Notes: generated by a model from the sequence alone, not told the origin. A stretch of 64,000 nt of DNA from an uncultured Fidelibacterota bacterium (GCA_913040915.1 CAJWHW010000006.1:1-64000); one strand, 5' to 3'. Shown: positions 10,552 through 20,847, counted from the first letter of the stretch. Made by a program: numbers and translations.

Positions 10552-11611
10552 ATACTTACTGCATACTTTTTTTATTGGTATTTTTGTAACTACACTAGGA
10601 TGTTTAACGATTGAGTCTGAATGGGAAGCACTTGAATCAGATTTTGACCATGTATTAAATGTATTAGGAATCATCAACCTAGATTCGAACCAACCCAGTT
10701 TTATCGGACTGTATAGGACAACTGATTTAGATGAAGTTTCCCAAATTCTTGTAGATATTGATACTTTGGGTTACTATGAATATGGAGATGAAGAAAAGGG
10801 AGATCCTGATAACGAAGGAGAAAACGGATTTTGGATCATTGATTCTATTTATGAACCTGCAGCTATGATAAAGGATGCATCTATTATCATCACAGATGAT
10901 GATGGTGTCAAATATGAATTTTCTTTTGTGGATAAAGTTACCTTTATAGATACAATTTATATTGATACTACCTTCAATTTTTATGGATATACCATCAACT
11001 GGGATACAACTTTCTATGACACAAATGATTATCGAATTAATTTTTATTTGGATACTACGGGTACCTTCATGCCCCAGCCGGGTGTAGGTTACCAATTAAA
11101 TATAACTGCTCCGGGGTTTGATTCTGTTACTGGATCTCTAATTACTCCAATAACACCGAAAATAGATTCTCTTGTACAAAATGGGGTACTTGCAGATACG
11201 ATAATTTCAAGCGAGCCATTTAATATTTATTGGAATTTTCAAAATGATGGGCAGGGATTTTTAAGCGGAGAAATTATTTTTGAAGATGAAAACGGATTTG
11301 ACTCTACTAGATATGACTGGTGCGGAGGATTTTTTGAAGGTGCAGTTGATCTATCTGATAGCTCGTATACTGTTTATGGTGATTGGTGTGAAGATTCTCC
11401 TAATGTTATTGAACCAAAAGATTATTATATACGTCTTACAGCTATGGATGAAAATTATTATGAATATTTTATCGAGGGTGAAATTGGAGAATATTCGAAT
11501 ATGTTATTGAATTATCCCACCACAAAAGGGAGATCTGTAGGTATTGAAGGGGGTTTTGGATTTTTTGGCGCAATTGCTTCCGATGGTATTTATCGATTAA
11601 TTGTTCCCTGA
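10541..11611 (+). CDS. DUF4249-like acidic lipoprotein (TonB receptor partner)
   Basis: Start moved to TTG 10541, which has GGAG 6 nt upstream; lipobox TLGC; C-terminal IEGGFGFFGA; directly follows the receptor. Confidence 0.7.
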   Translation: MNFRYLLHTFFIGIFVTTLGCLTIESEWEALESDFDHVLNVLGIINLDSNQPSFIGLYRTTDLDEVSQILVDIDTLGYYEYGDEEKGDPDNEGENGFWIIDSIYEPAAMIKDASIIITDDDGVKYEFSFVDKVTFIDTIYIDTTFNFYGYTINWDTTFYDTNDYRINFYLDTTGTFMPQPGVGYQLNITAPGFDSVTGSLITPITPKIDSLVQNGVLADTIISSEPFNIYWNFQNDGQGFLSGEIIFEDENGFDSTRYDWCGGFFEGAVDLSDSSYTVYGDWCEDSPNVIEPKDYYIRLTAMDENYYEYFIEGEIGEYSNMLLNYPTTKGRSVGIEGGFGFFGAIASDGIYRLIVP

Positions 11612-11622
11612 CTTCTAGATTA

Positions 11623-13722
11623 ATGAACCACCATATTAAACAATTCATTGTAATAAGTGGGTTAATGATTTTACCCTGTTTTGGGGCCCTTCAAAAACCA
11701 AGTGACGGGCAATTTATCAATTACATAAATGTATTATTTGAATGGACTCAGGAACCAAATACATCTCATTATGAACTCCAATTATCAGAGTCAGAGTCTT
11801 TTGACTCCATATTATTTTCAACTCAAACAAATATTCCACTTTATATTTTAAATCAGGACATTGATTGGGAGAAAATTTATCATTGGCGTGTTCGACCATT
11901 TTATCAAATTCAAAATCCGGGTTCTTGGATTGACACTTTTATGTTTCGAACAATGGCATCAAAATTCCCAAGTACTAATGTGGATATTATTCAGGATGAA
12001 TATATCCAAAATGGTTTTACCATTTTTGGCGGTGCATTTCCATCACTTCAATCAGGAATAATTGATAAGTTTGGTAATGAAATCTGGAATGATGGAAGTG
12101 GTCAATTTATGCTGGTTCATGTAAATAAATATGGTAATCTTTACGGATTAAGTTCTATTGATTCTCCGAATAATAACGGCATTAGAACTAATGCCAATTT
12201 GGAATTTCTTTGGAGCGCTATAGATGAGAATGTTGATTTTCACGAATTTAAACAGATGCCAAATGGCAATTATATGGGATTTATTGATGTGGATACATTG
12301 GGACCAATTCCACCAAACCATGAAATGACGGAACAATTTCAAAATTTGGGTTTTGTTGCTGATGGGATGACGAATGAATTTCCATGGGTTGGACAAAAAG
12401 TTGTGGAGTGGAATGAAAATCATGAAATTGTTTGGAGTTGGAATCCATTTGATCATTTTTCAATGTCAGATTATGACATTCATGGATTTACCTGGATCCA
12501 AGCGTATCAAGAATTAGTATATGATTGGACCCATGCTAATTCATTTTTTTTTGATAAAAATGAAAATATGCTTTATATCTCATTCCGGCATTTATCACGT
12601 ATTTCAAAAATTGATTATGAAACCGGAAATGTTATTTGGAATATGGGGCTCCCGGAACCATATATGGCTACTGGTGATGAACAAATTTGCACTGAGTTAT
12701 TATTTAGTTTCCAGCATCACATTCAAAAATTAGAAAATGGGAATCTCTTATTTTTAGACAATGGAAATATCAGCGACCAATTATTTGGTTACGATGATCC
12801 TATCTCGCGTATTTTGGAAGTAAACGTTATTGGTGATAGTGTTTGTAATATTATTTGGGAATACACTATGCCACCTAATTTATTTGGTACAGGTTCCGGA
12901 AGCGTACAAAGATTGGATAATGGTAATACATTAATTTATACGGCAGGAAATGGATTGGGAGAAGCAGAATGTACTATTTTTGAAGTAACATCTGATCAAA
13001 ACATAATTTGGAAATACGTTTCAGAACCAAACGAAAGTTGGTATCGTTCCTTTCGAATTCCATCGATACATTCATCAGCATTTAGCGTGATCATTGATAA
13101 TTTTAAAACAATTGAAAATGATGGAAACCAAATCGAAGGAGTCTTATTTTCAGATTCTGTCAATTTTATTTCATTTCAAGTTCACAATCAGAGTGGATAT
13201 GATCAAAATTTCCACTATAATTTGACTGATAGTTTGGGTTGGTTTGATTTATCTGCTAATGATACGGTTTTTATTGAAAAAGGTGGGACATTTGAATTTT
13301 TCCAAATAATAGATGCGATTAATTTTTCAACATTTAATAAACTCCAATTAATTGTTTCGCCTATTCACCACACTGAAGATAAAAAGGTGCTTCAATACAT
13401 GGTTTACAAAACAGACAATCTGCTATCAACTTTCAATACTCCACTTAAATATAAGTTTAATGATCCTTATCCAAATCCATTTAACCCGGAAATAACTTTT
13501 TCATTTGAATTGTTGAATAAGGCAACAATTGATATAAATATTTATAATATTATGGGACGTAAAGTTAAGTCATTTAATCAAGTCCCCTTTGGACCAGGAT
13601 ACTGTAAGTTGAATTGGCCAGCCATGGATGAAACTGGAAAAATAGTTTCAACAGGGATTTATTTTTATGAAATTAAGATTGGTCGTGAAATAAAAACTGG
13701 TAAAATAATTTATTTAAAATAA
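11623..13722 (+). CDS. Aryl-sulfate sulfotransferase (ASST family) with C-terminal secretion-type (CTD/FlgD-Ig) domain
   Basis: FHEF, DWTHANS, ISFRH, FQHH, LDNG, GSVQRLDNGNTLI and YR motifs; C-terminus YPNPFNP…IYNIMGRKV…GIYFY…KIIYLK. Confidence 0.8.
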   Translation: MNHHIKQFIVISGLMILPCFGALQKPSDGQFINYINVLFEWTQEPNTSHYELQLSESESFDSILFSTQTNIPLYILNQDIDWEKIYHWRVRPFYQIQNPGSWIDTFMFRTMASKFPSTNVDIIQDEYIQNGFTIFGGAFPSLQSGIIDKFGNEIWNDGSGQFMLVHVNKYGNLYGLSSIDSPNNNGIRTNANLEFLWSAIDENVDFHEFKQMPNGNYMGFIDVDTLGPIPPNHEMTEQFQNLGFVADGMTNEFPWVGQKVVEWNENHEIVWSWNPFDHFSMSDYDIHGFTWIQAYQELVYDWTHANSFFFDKNENMLYISFRHLSRISKIDYETGNVIWNMGLPEPYMATGDEQICTELLFSFQHHIQKLENGNLLFLDNGNISDQLFGYDDPISRILEVNVIGDSVCNIIWEYTMPPNLFGTGSGSVQRLDNGNTLIYTAGNGLGEAECTIFEVTSDQNIIWKYVSEPNESWYRSFRIPSIHSSAFSVIIDNFKTIENDGNQIEGVLFSDSVNFISFQVHNQSGYDQNFHYNLTDSLGWFDLSANDTVFIEKGGTFEFFQIIDAINFSTFNKLQLIVSPIHHTEDKKVLQYMVYKTDNLLSTFNTPLKYKFNDPYPNPFNPEITFSFELLNKATIDINIYNIMGRKVKSFNQVPFGPGYCKLNWPAMDETGKIVSTGIYFYEIKIGREIKTGKIIYLK

Positions 13723-13732
13723 AAGTGATTGT

Positions 13733-14401
13733 ATGAAGCAACTTATTTTTTGGATCGGATTTATCTCATTTATTTTTTGTCAAAATCCTAATCAGTATTT
13801 AATGCCAACAAAAAAGTTTGGCACCAATGGAGCTATATATTTCAATGCAGGTACAAATCAATTAGATCTGGAAGGGTTTTTTGAAATTCAATCATACTTC
13901 GGTCTTTTTGGTGATGTATGGTTTGCACAATTGGATATGGATGAAAAAACTGATTTAGTAATCAATACCTCTGTTGGTTGGATGAAGGAGATCTCACCCA
14001 ATTTGATTTTTGGTGGTGGTATTTCCAATAATACCGATGATAATTTAAATGAATTATTTTGTGGAGCGAATATAGGCATTGTTTCCTTGATAGGATTTTA
14101 TGGTCTAAAGGCAACACCAGTAAATTTTATTGGGATGCTTGATTTGAATTTTGGCCCGCTGAAAAATATTCCAATTGACATTTCTATGATGAGTGTCTTT
14201 GAATCTTCCGATTCGGAACATATGCTTAGATTAATAAAAAAATATGATAACAGGATTCAATTGGGCTATATATTTTCCAGAGAAAAGTTTGAATCAGAAG
14301 AAACCAGAACTTTTGTAAAGAAAGGGTTTACAAAAACTTATAAAGTCCCTATTCAGGAAGACGGATTTTTCCATACAGTTTATATTGGGTTTACATTTTA
14401 G
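13733..14401 (+). CDS. Hypothetical exported, probably outer-membrane beta-strand protein
   Basis: Short signal peptide, alternating hydrophobic pattern, terminal YIGFTF. Confidence 0.55.
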   Translation: MKQLIFWIGFISFIFCQNPNQYLMPTKKFGTNGAIYFNAGTNQLDLEGFFEIQSYFGLFGDVWFAQLDMDEKTDLVINTSVGWMKEISPNLIFGGGISNNTDDNLNELFCGANIGIVSLIGFYGLKATPVNFIGMLDLNFGPLKNIPIDISMMSVFESSDSEHMLRLIKKYDNRIQLGYIFSREKFESEETRTFVKKGFTKTYKVPIQEDGFFHTVYIGFTF

Positions 14402-14433
14402 TTTTTCAGATTCCTTGATTAATGTCAATTAAA

Positions 14434-15081
14434 TTAATTAATTATTTGTCCATCATCATCTAATTCAGGATATCGCTCTCCTCTAGATTCAAAGACCCTG
14501 GCTACTTCAGGATAACAAAATTCAAATAATAATTTTTCAAATAACCTAGGATCCAGACTAGGTTCTTGATAAAGCCCTGATTCAATTCGCTGCCTTTGTG
14601 CTTCCAATAGAATAACTGCATTAGCCACAGAAACGTTCAAACTTTGTACCATTCCTAGCATATTAACATGAATTTCATCACAAACAAGTTTTCTTGTCTT
14701 TGGTGAAATTCCATCTAATTCAGCTCCTAGAACAACAGCACTAGGCTGGGTGTAATCAATAGTAAGATAATCCAAAGATGACTTACTGTGATTCGCAGCA
14801 TAAATATTAAAGCCCTGCTTCTTTAATGCTAGAATGGCACTTTGAATTGAATCATGAACTTGAAGTTTTACCCAATGATTTGATCCGCTAGCTGCTTTCA
14901 GATTCAGACCAATCTTTTTATTCTTAGAAATAGCGTGAATTTGGCCAATCCCAACTGCATCACAAGAGCGTATAATTGCAGCTAAGTTATGGGGTTTATG
15001 AACATTGTCCAGCACAACTGTCAGATCTGATTGCCGCTTTTTTAGAACGTCTTTGATTTTTTGGAACCGTTTAGGGGTCAT
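14434..15081 (-). CDS. trmH: tRNA (guanosine(18)-2'-O)-methyltransferase
   Basis: SPOUT motifs HKPHNLAAIIRSCDAVG, GAELDG, MLGMVQSLNVSVA, EAQRQR. Confidence 0.93.
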   Translation of the reverse strand: MTPKRFQKIKDVLKKRQSDLTVVLDNVHKPHNLAAIIRSCDAVGIGQIHAISKNKKIGLNLKAASGSNHWVKLQVHDSIQSAILALKKQGFNIYAANHSKSSLDYLTIDYTQPSAVVLGAELDGISPKTRKLVCDEIHVNMLGMVQSLNVSVANAVILLEAQRQRIESGLYQEPSLDPRLFEKLLFEFCYPEVARVFESRGERYPELDDDGQIIN

Positions 15082-15136
15082 TTAGAATTTTCCTCTGACC
15101 TTGTAGAAGTAATAAGGATTGAATTGATTAAATTCA

Positions 15137-16057
15137 ATGATTATGATTTCATCTGAATCTATAAAAAATAAAGCAAAAGAACTGGGATTCCAAAAAGTAG
15201 GAATTGCCAAGGCTGAACCAACACCTAAAGAAAAAGCTGATTTGGAATCATGGTTAAATAGGGGAAACCATGCCAGCATGATTTGGATGGAGAAAAGGAA
15301 GGAAGAGAGGGGTGATATACATACCTATTATCCCGAAGCAAAATCAATTATTTCTGTTGGGCTGAATTATAAAATAGGGATAGAACAAGCAGATCTTAAT
15401 TCAGATTTTAAATTTAGTAATTATGCCTGGGGTGATGACTACCACGATGTTTTAAATAAAAAATTATATGCCTTATTTGCGTTTATCAAAAATTCCTACC
15501 AAGATGTAAAAGGTATAGTTTGTGTGGATACATCTCCGGTTATGGATAAAGTCTGGGCGCAACGGGCAGGTCTGGGCTGGCTGGGGAAACATACCAACCT
15601 CATTACGAGAGATTTTGGCAGTTGGCTTTTTTTAGGCGAGCTTATTCTGGATATTGAGTTAGAACCAGATACTCCTTTCACTGAAGATTTATGTGGGAGT
15701 TGTACAGCATGTATTGATCAATGTCCTACTCAAGCTCTGAGCGAGTACGAAATAAATGCTGAAAAATGTATTTCCTATCAAAGCATTGAGCATAGAGGTG
15801 ATTTCTCTAACGACGATGAAAAACTCCATGGATGGATCTACGGCTGTGACATTTGTCAGGACGTATGTCCCTGGAATGAAAAATTCTCTGAGATATCAGA
15901 TATTTCAGCATTTCAACCCAGAAAAGAAATTTTGGAATGGACGAATGAAGATTGGCAAAAGTTAGATAGCGAGGGATTCCGTAAATTATTTAAAGGATCT
16001 GCTGTTAAGCGAACCAAGTTTGTAGGATTAAAACGAAATATCAATCAAAATACTTAA
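15137..16057 (+). CDS. queG: Epoxyqueuosine reductase
   Basis: YAWGDDYH, VDTSP, GWLGK, CGSCTACIDQCPT, GCDICQDVCPWN. Confidence 0.95.
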   Translation: MIMISSESIKNKAKELGFQKVGIAKAEPTPKEKADLESWLNRGNHASMIWMEKRKEERGDIHTYYPEAKSIISVGLNYKIGIEQADLNSDFKFSNYAWGDDYHDVLNKKLYALFAFIKNSYQDVKGIVCVDTSPVMDKVWAQRAGLGWLGKHTNLITRDFGSWLFLGELILDIELEPDTPFTEDLCGSCTACIDQCPTQALSEYEINAEKCISYQSIEHRGDFSNDDEKLHGWIYGCDICQDVCPWNEKFSEISDISAFQPRKEILEWTNEDWQKLDSEGFRKLFKGSAVKRTKFVGLKRNINQNT

Positions 16058-16120
16058 GCCTGAGATAGTGAAAACACTAAGTTATTGCATTAGTCAATTT
16101 TTATTGATCGAGGAGAAAAA

Positions 16121-16783
16121 ATGTCAAAAATAGGTGTAGTTTTATCAGGATGTGGTGCCCAGGATGGCTCTGAAATCCATGAATCAGTGATTACCTTACT
16201 AGCACTGGATCGGGCTGGTGCAAATGTCACCATTATGGCCCCAGATATGAACCAGTTTCATGTGATCAACCATCTGGATGGTGAAATCATGAATACATCG
16301 CGAAATGTTTTAATTGAAGCAGCGCGAATCGCCCGGGGAAATATCGTAGATGTTGCCACAAAAACCGGGAATGAATTTGACGCAGTAATCTTTCCAGGTG
16401 GAACAGGCATGGCAAAAAATATCTTTGATTATGCCATGACAGGACCGAAATGTACTGTTATTAGAGATGTCCAAAGACTAGTAATGGAAATACTTGATGC
16501 TGGCAAACCATTGGGTGCTATTTGTATTGCACCCGTCATGGTAGCAAAAGTATTACAGAAAATGGGCCGTAGTGGTATCGTTACCGGGGGGTATAATGAA
16601 CAGATTACAGCAGATATTCAGGCAATGGGTATCAAGACAGAACCTGCGAAAGCATATGACATTATTGTAGATGAACAAAATAAAATTGTGACAACACCGG
16701 CTTATGTTGAAGCTCAATCTATTCATCAAGTTGCGGAAGGTATCGAAAAGCTGATCAAAAAAGTTTTAGAATTGATTGATTAA
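16121..16783 (+). CDS. elbB: DJ-1/PfpI family glyoxalase ElbB
   Basis: LSGCGAQDGSEIHE, EAARIARG, PGGTG, ICIAP, TTPAY; GAGGAG RBS. Confidence 0.9.
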   Translation: MSKIGVVLSGCGAQDGSEIHESVITLLALDRAGANVTIMAPDMNQFHVINHLDGEIMNTSRNVLIEAARIARGNIVDVATKTGNEFDAVIFPGGTGMAKNIFDYAMTGPKCTVIRDVQRLVMEILDAGKPLGAICIAPVMVAKVLQKMGRSGIVTGGYNEQITADIQAMGIKTEPAKAYDIIVDEQNKIVTTPAYVEAQSIHQVAEGIEKLIKKVLELID

Positions 16784-16800
16784 ACTCGGTGTAGCCTGAA

Positions 16801-17673
16801 TCAATCAATTTCAATATCTACTGAGCCAATACCCACTGAAATTTCTGCTGTTATAGTGGGGCGTTTATCATCCCAGGTTTCACTAATGTAGTTATTATCA
16901 TTTTCTACTTTTAATCCATCGACATCTACAGAGCTCAAGAAAGAATAATCCACTACCAACAAAATATTTACATTCCGAGGAATAATTAAATCCAGTGCTC
17001 CCAGACCTACATCCACAGATATATCCATATCTTCTTCAAATTTTCCACGTAGATCGATTGTAGCAGCACCAAGCCCAATGTCCAGTTTAAATTTCTGTAC
17101 ATTAAGATTTCCTAACCCGTAACCGTTAAAATCTCCTAATCCAGTGTTAATACTCACATCTTTGCATGATACTTTGTTAGGCAGGTCAATGGACATTTTC
17201 ACATCACTCAAACCGCAGTCCAGTTCTAATTTAGTCAGTGAAATATTTGTGATGTCAATATTTGCTTCGCCAAGTCCAAAATCCATTTCCAGTTCAGTTA
17301 TTATATTCGTAGCAAGTTCAAAATACATATGATTAAAAAATTTATTTCCAAAGTTAAAATCATCAAAATTAAACCCATTTTCACAGCATTCGAATTTGTT
17401 TTTGGATTTGCCTTCAATAGATAAAAAAGCTTTATTAGTAACAGATGAAAAATCTACATCTGTTTCTATACGATCTGGATTGTATTCAATTGTTCCATAT
17501 ATAGTTTTTGATGACGAAGATGATCCGATTTTCAACTCACCCAACCCAAAATTTAATTCAACTTTTATTGATTCATATTTTCCAAGGTTAAAATTATAAT
17601 TATCTAGAACAAGTGTTGTATCATTTTGTGAAAATAAATGTGAGATCAAGACAATCAGAAATAATTGTTTCAT
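16801..17673 (-). CDS. Exported 'toast-rack'/LiaF-like beta-solenoid protein
   Basis: Likely start ATG 17673 (MKQLFLIV signal peptide), downstream of the ORF-track start; repeated (D/N)xGLG turns (FGLGE, CGLSD, TGLGD, IGLGA, VGLGA, VGIGS). Confidence 0.65.
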   Translation of the reverse strand: MKQLFLIVLISHLFSQNDTTLVLDNYNFNLGKYESIKVELNFGLGELKIGSSSSSKTIYGTIEYNPDRIETDVDFSSVTNKAFLSIEGKSKNKFECCENGFNFDDFNFGNKFFNHMYFELATNIITELEMDFGLGEANIDITNISLTKLELDCGLSDVKMSIDLPNKVSCKDVSINTGLGDFNGYGLGNLNVQKFKLDIGLGAATIDLRGKFEEDMDISVDVGLGALDLIIPRNVNILLVVDYSFLSSVDVDGLKVENDNNYISETWDDKRPTITAEISVGIGSVDIEID

Positions 17674-17683
17674 ATAGTTTATC

Positions 17684-19171
17684 TTAAAAACTGTAATTGA
17701 TCCGTACTGTTGTTTCAATGGGATGATTGCCTTGGAGCTTCTTGGCAAAATTGAATCCAAAATTCAATTCTTCACTATTGCCCTTGCCAAATCCAATACC
17801 GGTGGACTGCAATAAGTCACCCCTATGATTCAATATGTAACCCATATCCATCAATTTATCAGAATGATAAGCCATTCCTGCATCATAAAAGAATTTGACA
17901 AAAAACCATTTTTTGGTGAATTCATCTGTAAAAATGATTTCGCTATTATATTGCCCCATGTGATTGCCGGTTTGATATTTATAATCAAATGCGCTTACTG
18001 AACCTAAACCGCCCACACCAAATTTCCTGAATTCTGACAATGTATATGAGGCGCTGCCCAAAATCAGACGATTTCTTAAAATAAGACCTGTCATCAATTT
18101 CATGTTACCGATTGTAATTGCAGATAATCGCATCGTGGGATTAGACAGTGTGATATCATTTTCTTTTACAACTAAATCAATTTTTGATAGAAAAGCGAAT
18201 CCTGTTGAAAGTGGTTGAAAAGATCTGGTACGAAAAGCAGCTAAGCCGGCAAAGTATTCGACATCTGTAGGTTTCATAATAGGATTGAGCCGTAGCTGTC
18301 TATTATCATTAAATAAACTCCATACATTATCATCCACGGGTATTTCTGATTGCGTAGCCCGAACAAATTCTCCCTTTAATTTTATGCTGGAAAGATCTAG
18401 TCCTATTCCCATTCTAAGTCCGGTTTCATCCCACCGGTCATAAAAGTCTTGACGGCCTAAAATATTTGCCCATGTATTTTCCTTTAACGGTAAACGATAT
18501 TCATCATCTGTGCGGGCTTCTTTGAATCCGCTTAAATAAATTGTAACGGATCGATTCATAAGCTGGGATGTTTCCAATTTCATTTTGCCAACAAATTCAT
18601 TTTTACTGAAACGATATCCTAAAGAGAAGCTTAGGTGAATTAAGGATTTATTTCCTTGATCCCAATTCCAGTTTAAAGGATAGAATAGCAATCCCTCGTT
18701 CCGATTAAAGACCAAAATTTCCGATCGAGGATGGAACCAGTCTTGTCGATGCATATCAGAAAATTCTGAAATATTCAAAGATTTGTCCTTTGATTTAAAA
18801 GTCGTATCGGAAAATGTTTCCCGATAAATCAACCCTTGATCCATGCTGGCTTCCACCACTTTCCCGGATATGGTTGCCCCTTTATCGGTAATAACATTAC
18901 CGCCAATGGCCACGATTTTTCCTTCAATAATGGCAGAAGGAAAGATTTGGACATCGCCACCAATTACTGTGATTTGATTTTTGACTGTACCATGGACATC
19001 TAATTTGCCACCCAAAATTCTAATATTATAGTTTATGATTTCAGTTGAATCAATTGTCACATCGGAATAAAGTCTAATTTCATTTGTTGTTTGGGAAGTG
19101 GAATCCGGAAGGGATGAATTCATGCCAAAGATGGCATAAATCACAAATGGTATAATAAATATTAATTTCAT
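17684..19171 (-). CDS. Hypothetical outer-membrane protein: short bactofilin-like repeat plus Omp85-like barrel
   Basis: Signal peptide; ILGG/VIGG/AIGG beta-helix repeats; FNRNEG; GVGGLGSVSAF; FYDAG; terminal RINYSF. Confidence 0.6.
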   Translation of the reverse strand: MKLIFIIPFVIYAIFGMNSSLPDSTSQTTNEIRLYSDVTIDSTEIINYNIRILGGKLDVHGTVKNQITVIGGDVQIFPSAIIEGKIVAIGGNVITDKGATISGKVVEASMDQGLIYRETFSDTTFKSKDKSLNISEFSDMHRQDWFHPRSEILVFNRNEGLLFYPLNWNWDQGNKSLIHLSFSLGYRFSKNEFVGKMKLETSQLMNRSVTIYLSGFKEARTDDEYRLPLKENTWANILGRQDFYDRWDETGLRMGIGLDLSSIKLKGEFVRATQSEIPVDDNVWSLFNDNRQLRLNPIMKPTDVEYFAGLAAFRTRSFQPLSTGFAFLSKIDLVVKENDITLSNPTMRLSAITIGNMKLMTGLILRNRLILGSASYTLSEFRKFGVGGLGSVSAFDYKYQTGNHMGQYNSEIIFTDEFTKKWFFVKFFYDAGMAYHSDKLMDMGYILNHRGDLLQSTGIGFGKGNSEELNFGFNFAKKLQGNHPIETTVRINYSF

Positions 19172-19174
19172 GAT

Positions 19175-20419
19175 TTAATCCTGTTCAATAGTTATAGTGC
19201 CAAAGGATGCTCGTAATTTCATAGGAATTATCCCAGCTAATAAAGAACCGGAACCGGTAACACGATTATTATTTACTTTAATATCTAAGGGTATGTCAGA
19301 GTTCAAATCCTGGACTAAATCAGTACCAGAAATTTCTGCATCCACATTTACTGGTAGATTGGTAGGAATCTGAATGAGAATATCTCCTGTATCTGTTTTG
19401 ATATTCATTCCATAATCTTTCATCTCTGTTAAGTATGATATTTCCAGCTTAATATCACCTGCTAATGTTGATGCATCAACCAAACCAAAAATATTATCAC
19501 CATCAATATTACCCCCTGATGTATAACAAACAATGCTGCCGGTCAATTCATCGATCTCAATATCACCGCCCGATGTGGACACATCCGCATTACCCTTAAT
19601 ATTTTCAAGAATAATTGCACCACGTAATGTTTTGCAATCAATATCTGCTATCACTTCTTTAACAAGAATATCTCCGCCGGCACTCCTGGCTGAAATGGTT
19701 GAACCTGAAATATTTTCAAGGAGAATATAACCACCGCTAGTTTGGGCTTCTATATTTCCTACGAGATTCTGAAATTCCATATCACCGCCGGCAGTAGATA
19801 CGTTAAATTGCCCTTCAGAATGCTTAACATCAATATCACCACCAGATGTGTGAACTCGGATCAATCCTTCTAGACTACTTATTTTGATATCTCCTCCAAA
19901 TGCTTTTGCATCAATCCTTCCAGATAAGTTTTTCAATTCTATATCACCACCACTTGTTTTTAGAACTAACTCACCCTGGATATGCTTAACATTTATATCT
20001 CCACCTGAAGTTTCAAGGTTAAGCTGAATGTTGATTGGCAAATTTATATTGAAGACTGTTGAAACATTATGTCTGTATCTTATTTTTTTATCTGCATTAA
20101 TTTGGATCAGATTATTATCCTCAATATGATATACATCAATTTTATTTTCTTCAACTAATTTTTTAGCTTGTTTTTCTGTTTTTGCACGAATTTTATGTTT
20201 AATAAATATCTCAATACCGCTTCTTTCTTGTCCATTAACAATGATATTGCCTTCCATATTTTTTACTGATAGTGTATATGAACCATTATCCGGAATCCAA
20301 TCAAATCGGTAGGTCTCTTTATAATGATATTTTTTATTTTGCCCTTTTTTGAATTCTTCAAAAATCTTTTGTCCTAATAAATTCGATATTAATAGACAAA
20401 TTAGCGAAAGTCGTATCAT
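19175..20419 (-). CDS. DUF4097-type beta-strand repeat exported protein
   Basis: About 12 tandem xTSGGDI-type repeats after a signal peptide. Confidence 0.8.
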   Translation of the reverse strand: MIRLSLICLLISNLLGQKIFEEFKKGQNKKYHYKETYRFDWIPDNGSYTLSVKNMEGNIIVNGQERSGIEIFIKHKIRAKTEKQAKKLVEENKIDVYHIEDNNLIQINADKKIRYRHNVSTVFNINLPINIQLNLETSGGDINVKHIQGELVLKTSGGDIELKNLSGRIDAKAFGGDIKISSLEGLIRVHTSGGDIDVKHSEGQFNVSTAGGDMEFQNLVGNIEAQTSGGYILLENISGSTISARSAGGDILVKEVIADIDCKTLRGAIILENIKGNADVSTSGGDIEIDELTGSIVCYTSGGNIDGDNIFGLVDASTLAGDIKLEISYLTEMKDYGMNIKTDTGDILIQIPTNLPVNVDAEISGTDLVQDLNSDIPLDIKVNNNRVTGSGSLLAGIIPMKLRASFGTITIEQD

Positions 20420-20777
20420 GATTTCTGCTTCATATTGACATCCAAAACTTCCTTTGAGATGGATGTAAATAGTTCTGTCCTCCGATAATGTTTAAAATCA
20501 TTTTTATCTATTATACTGATGTCTTTTAAAGCTGAAATCCTTGATTCATCCGGAGTTATTCCCATGATATTCATAGTTGAGAGTCGGACAGATTCATTGT
20601 CATCTTCCAAAAAAACTCTCATGTAAGCTTCTTTAATTGCTTTGTAGGCATTGAAAAAAACCTTCTTGTAGAAGATCTTCAGCATCCTGTTTCTCTTCTC
20701 TGAGTTGCAAGACTAATGTCATTATTATTTAAACATGTATTGCGATAAATTTGTGAAACATTTTTATATTTACTCAT
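20416..20777 (-). pseudogene. Fused remnant of an ECF sigma factor 5' end and a HEAT-repeat anti-sigma 3' end
   Basis: Across shifted frames it reads IMTLVLQL…KQDAEDLLQE/VFFNAYKAI (sigma70 region 2-like), joined to IKEAYMRVFLEDDNESVRL (HEAT-like); contains stops and frameshifts. Confidence 0.65.
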
Positions 20778-20847
20778 CTTGCTTCAAGGATTGATGTTCT
20801 AATATTACTTTTCAATCTTATACCTAATTATAATTATAAAGACACTC

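Noticed and set aside
17674..17760. N-terminal extension of the toast-rack gene in the ORF track
   Set aside because: It overlaps the upstream gene; the signal peptide begins at ATG 17673.
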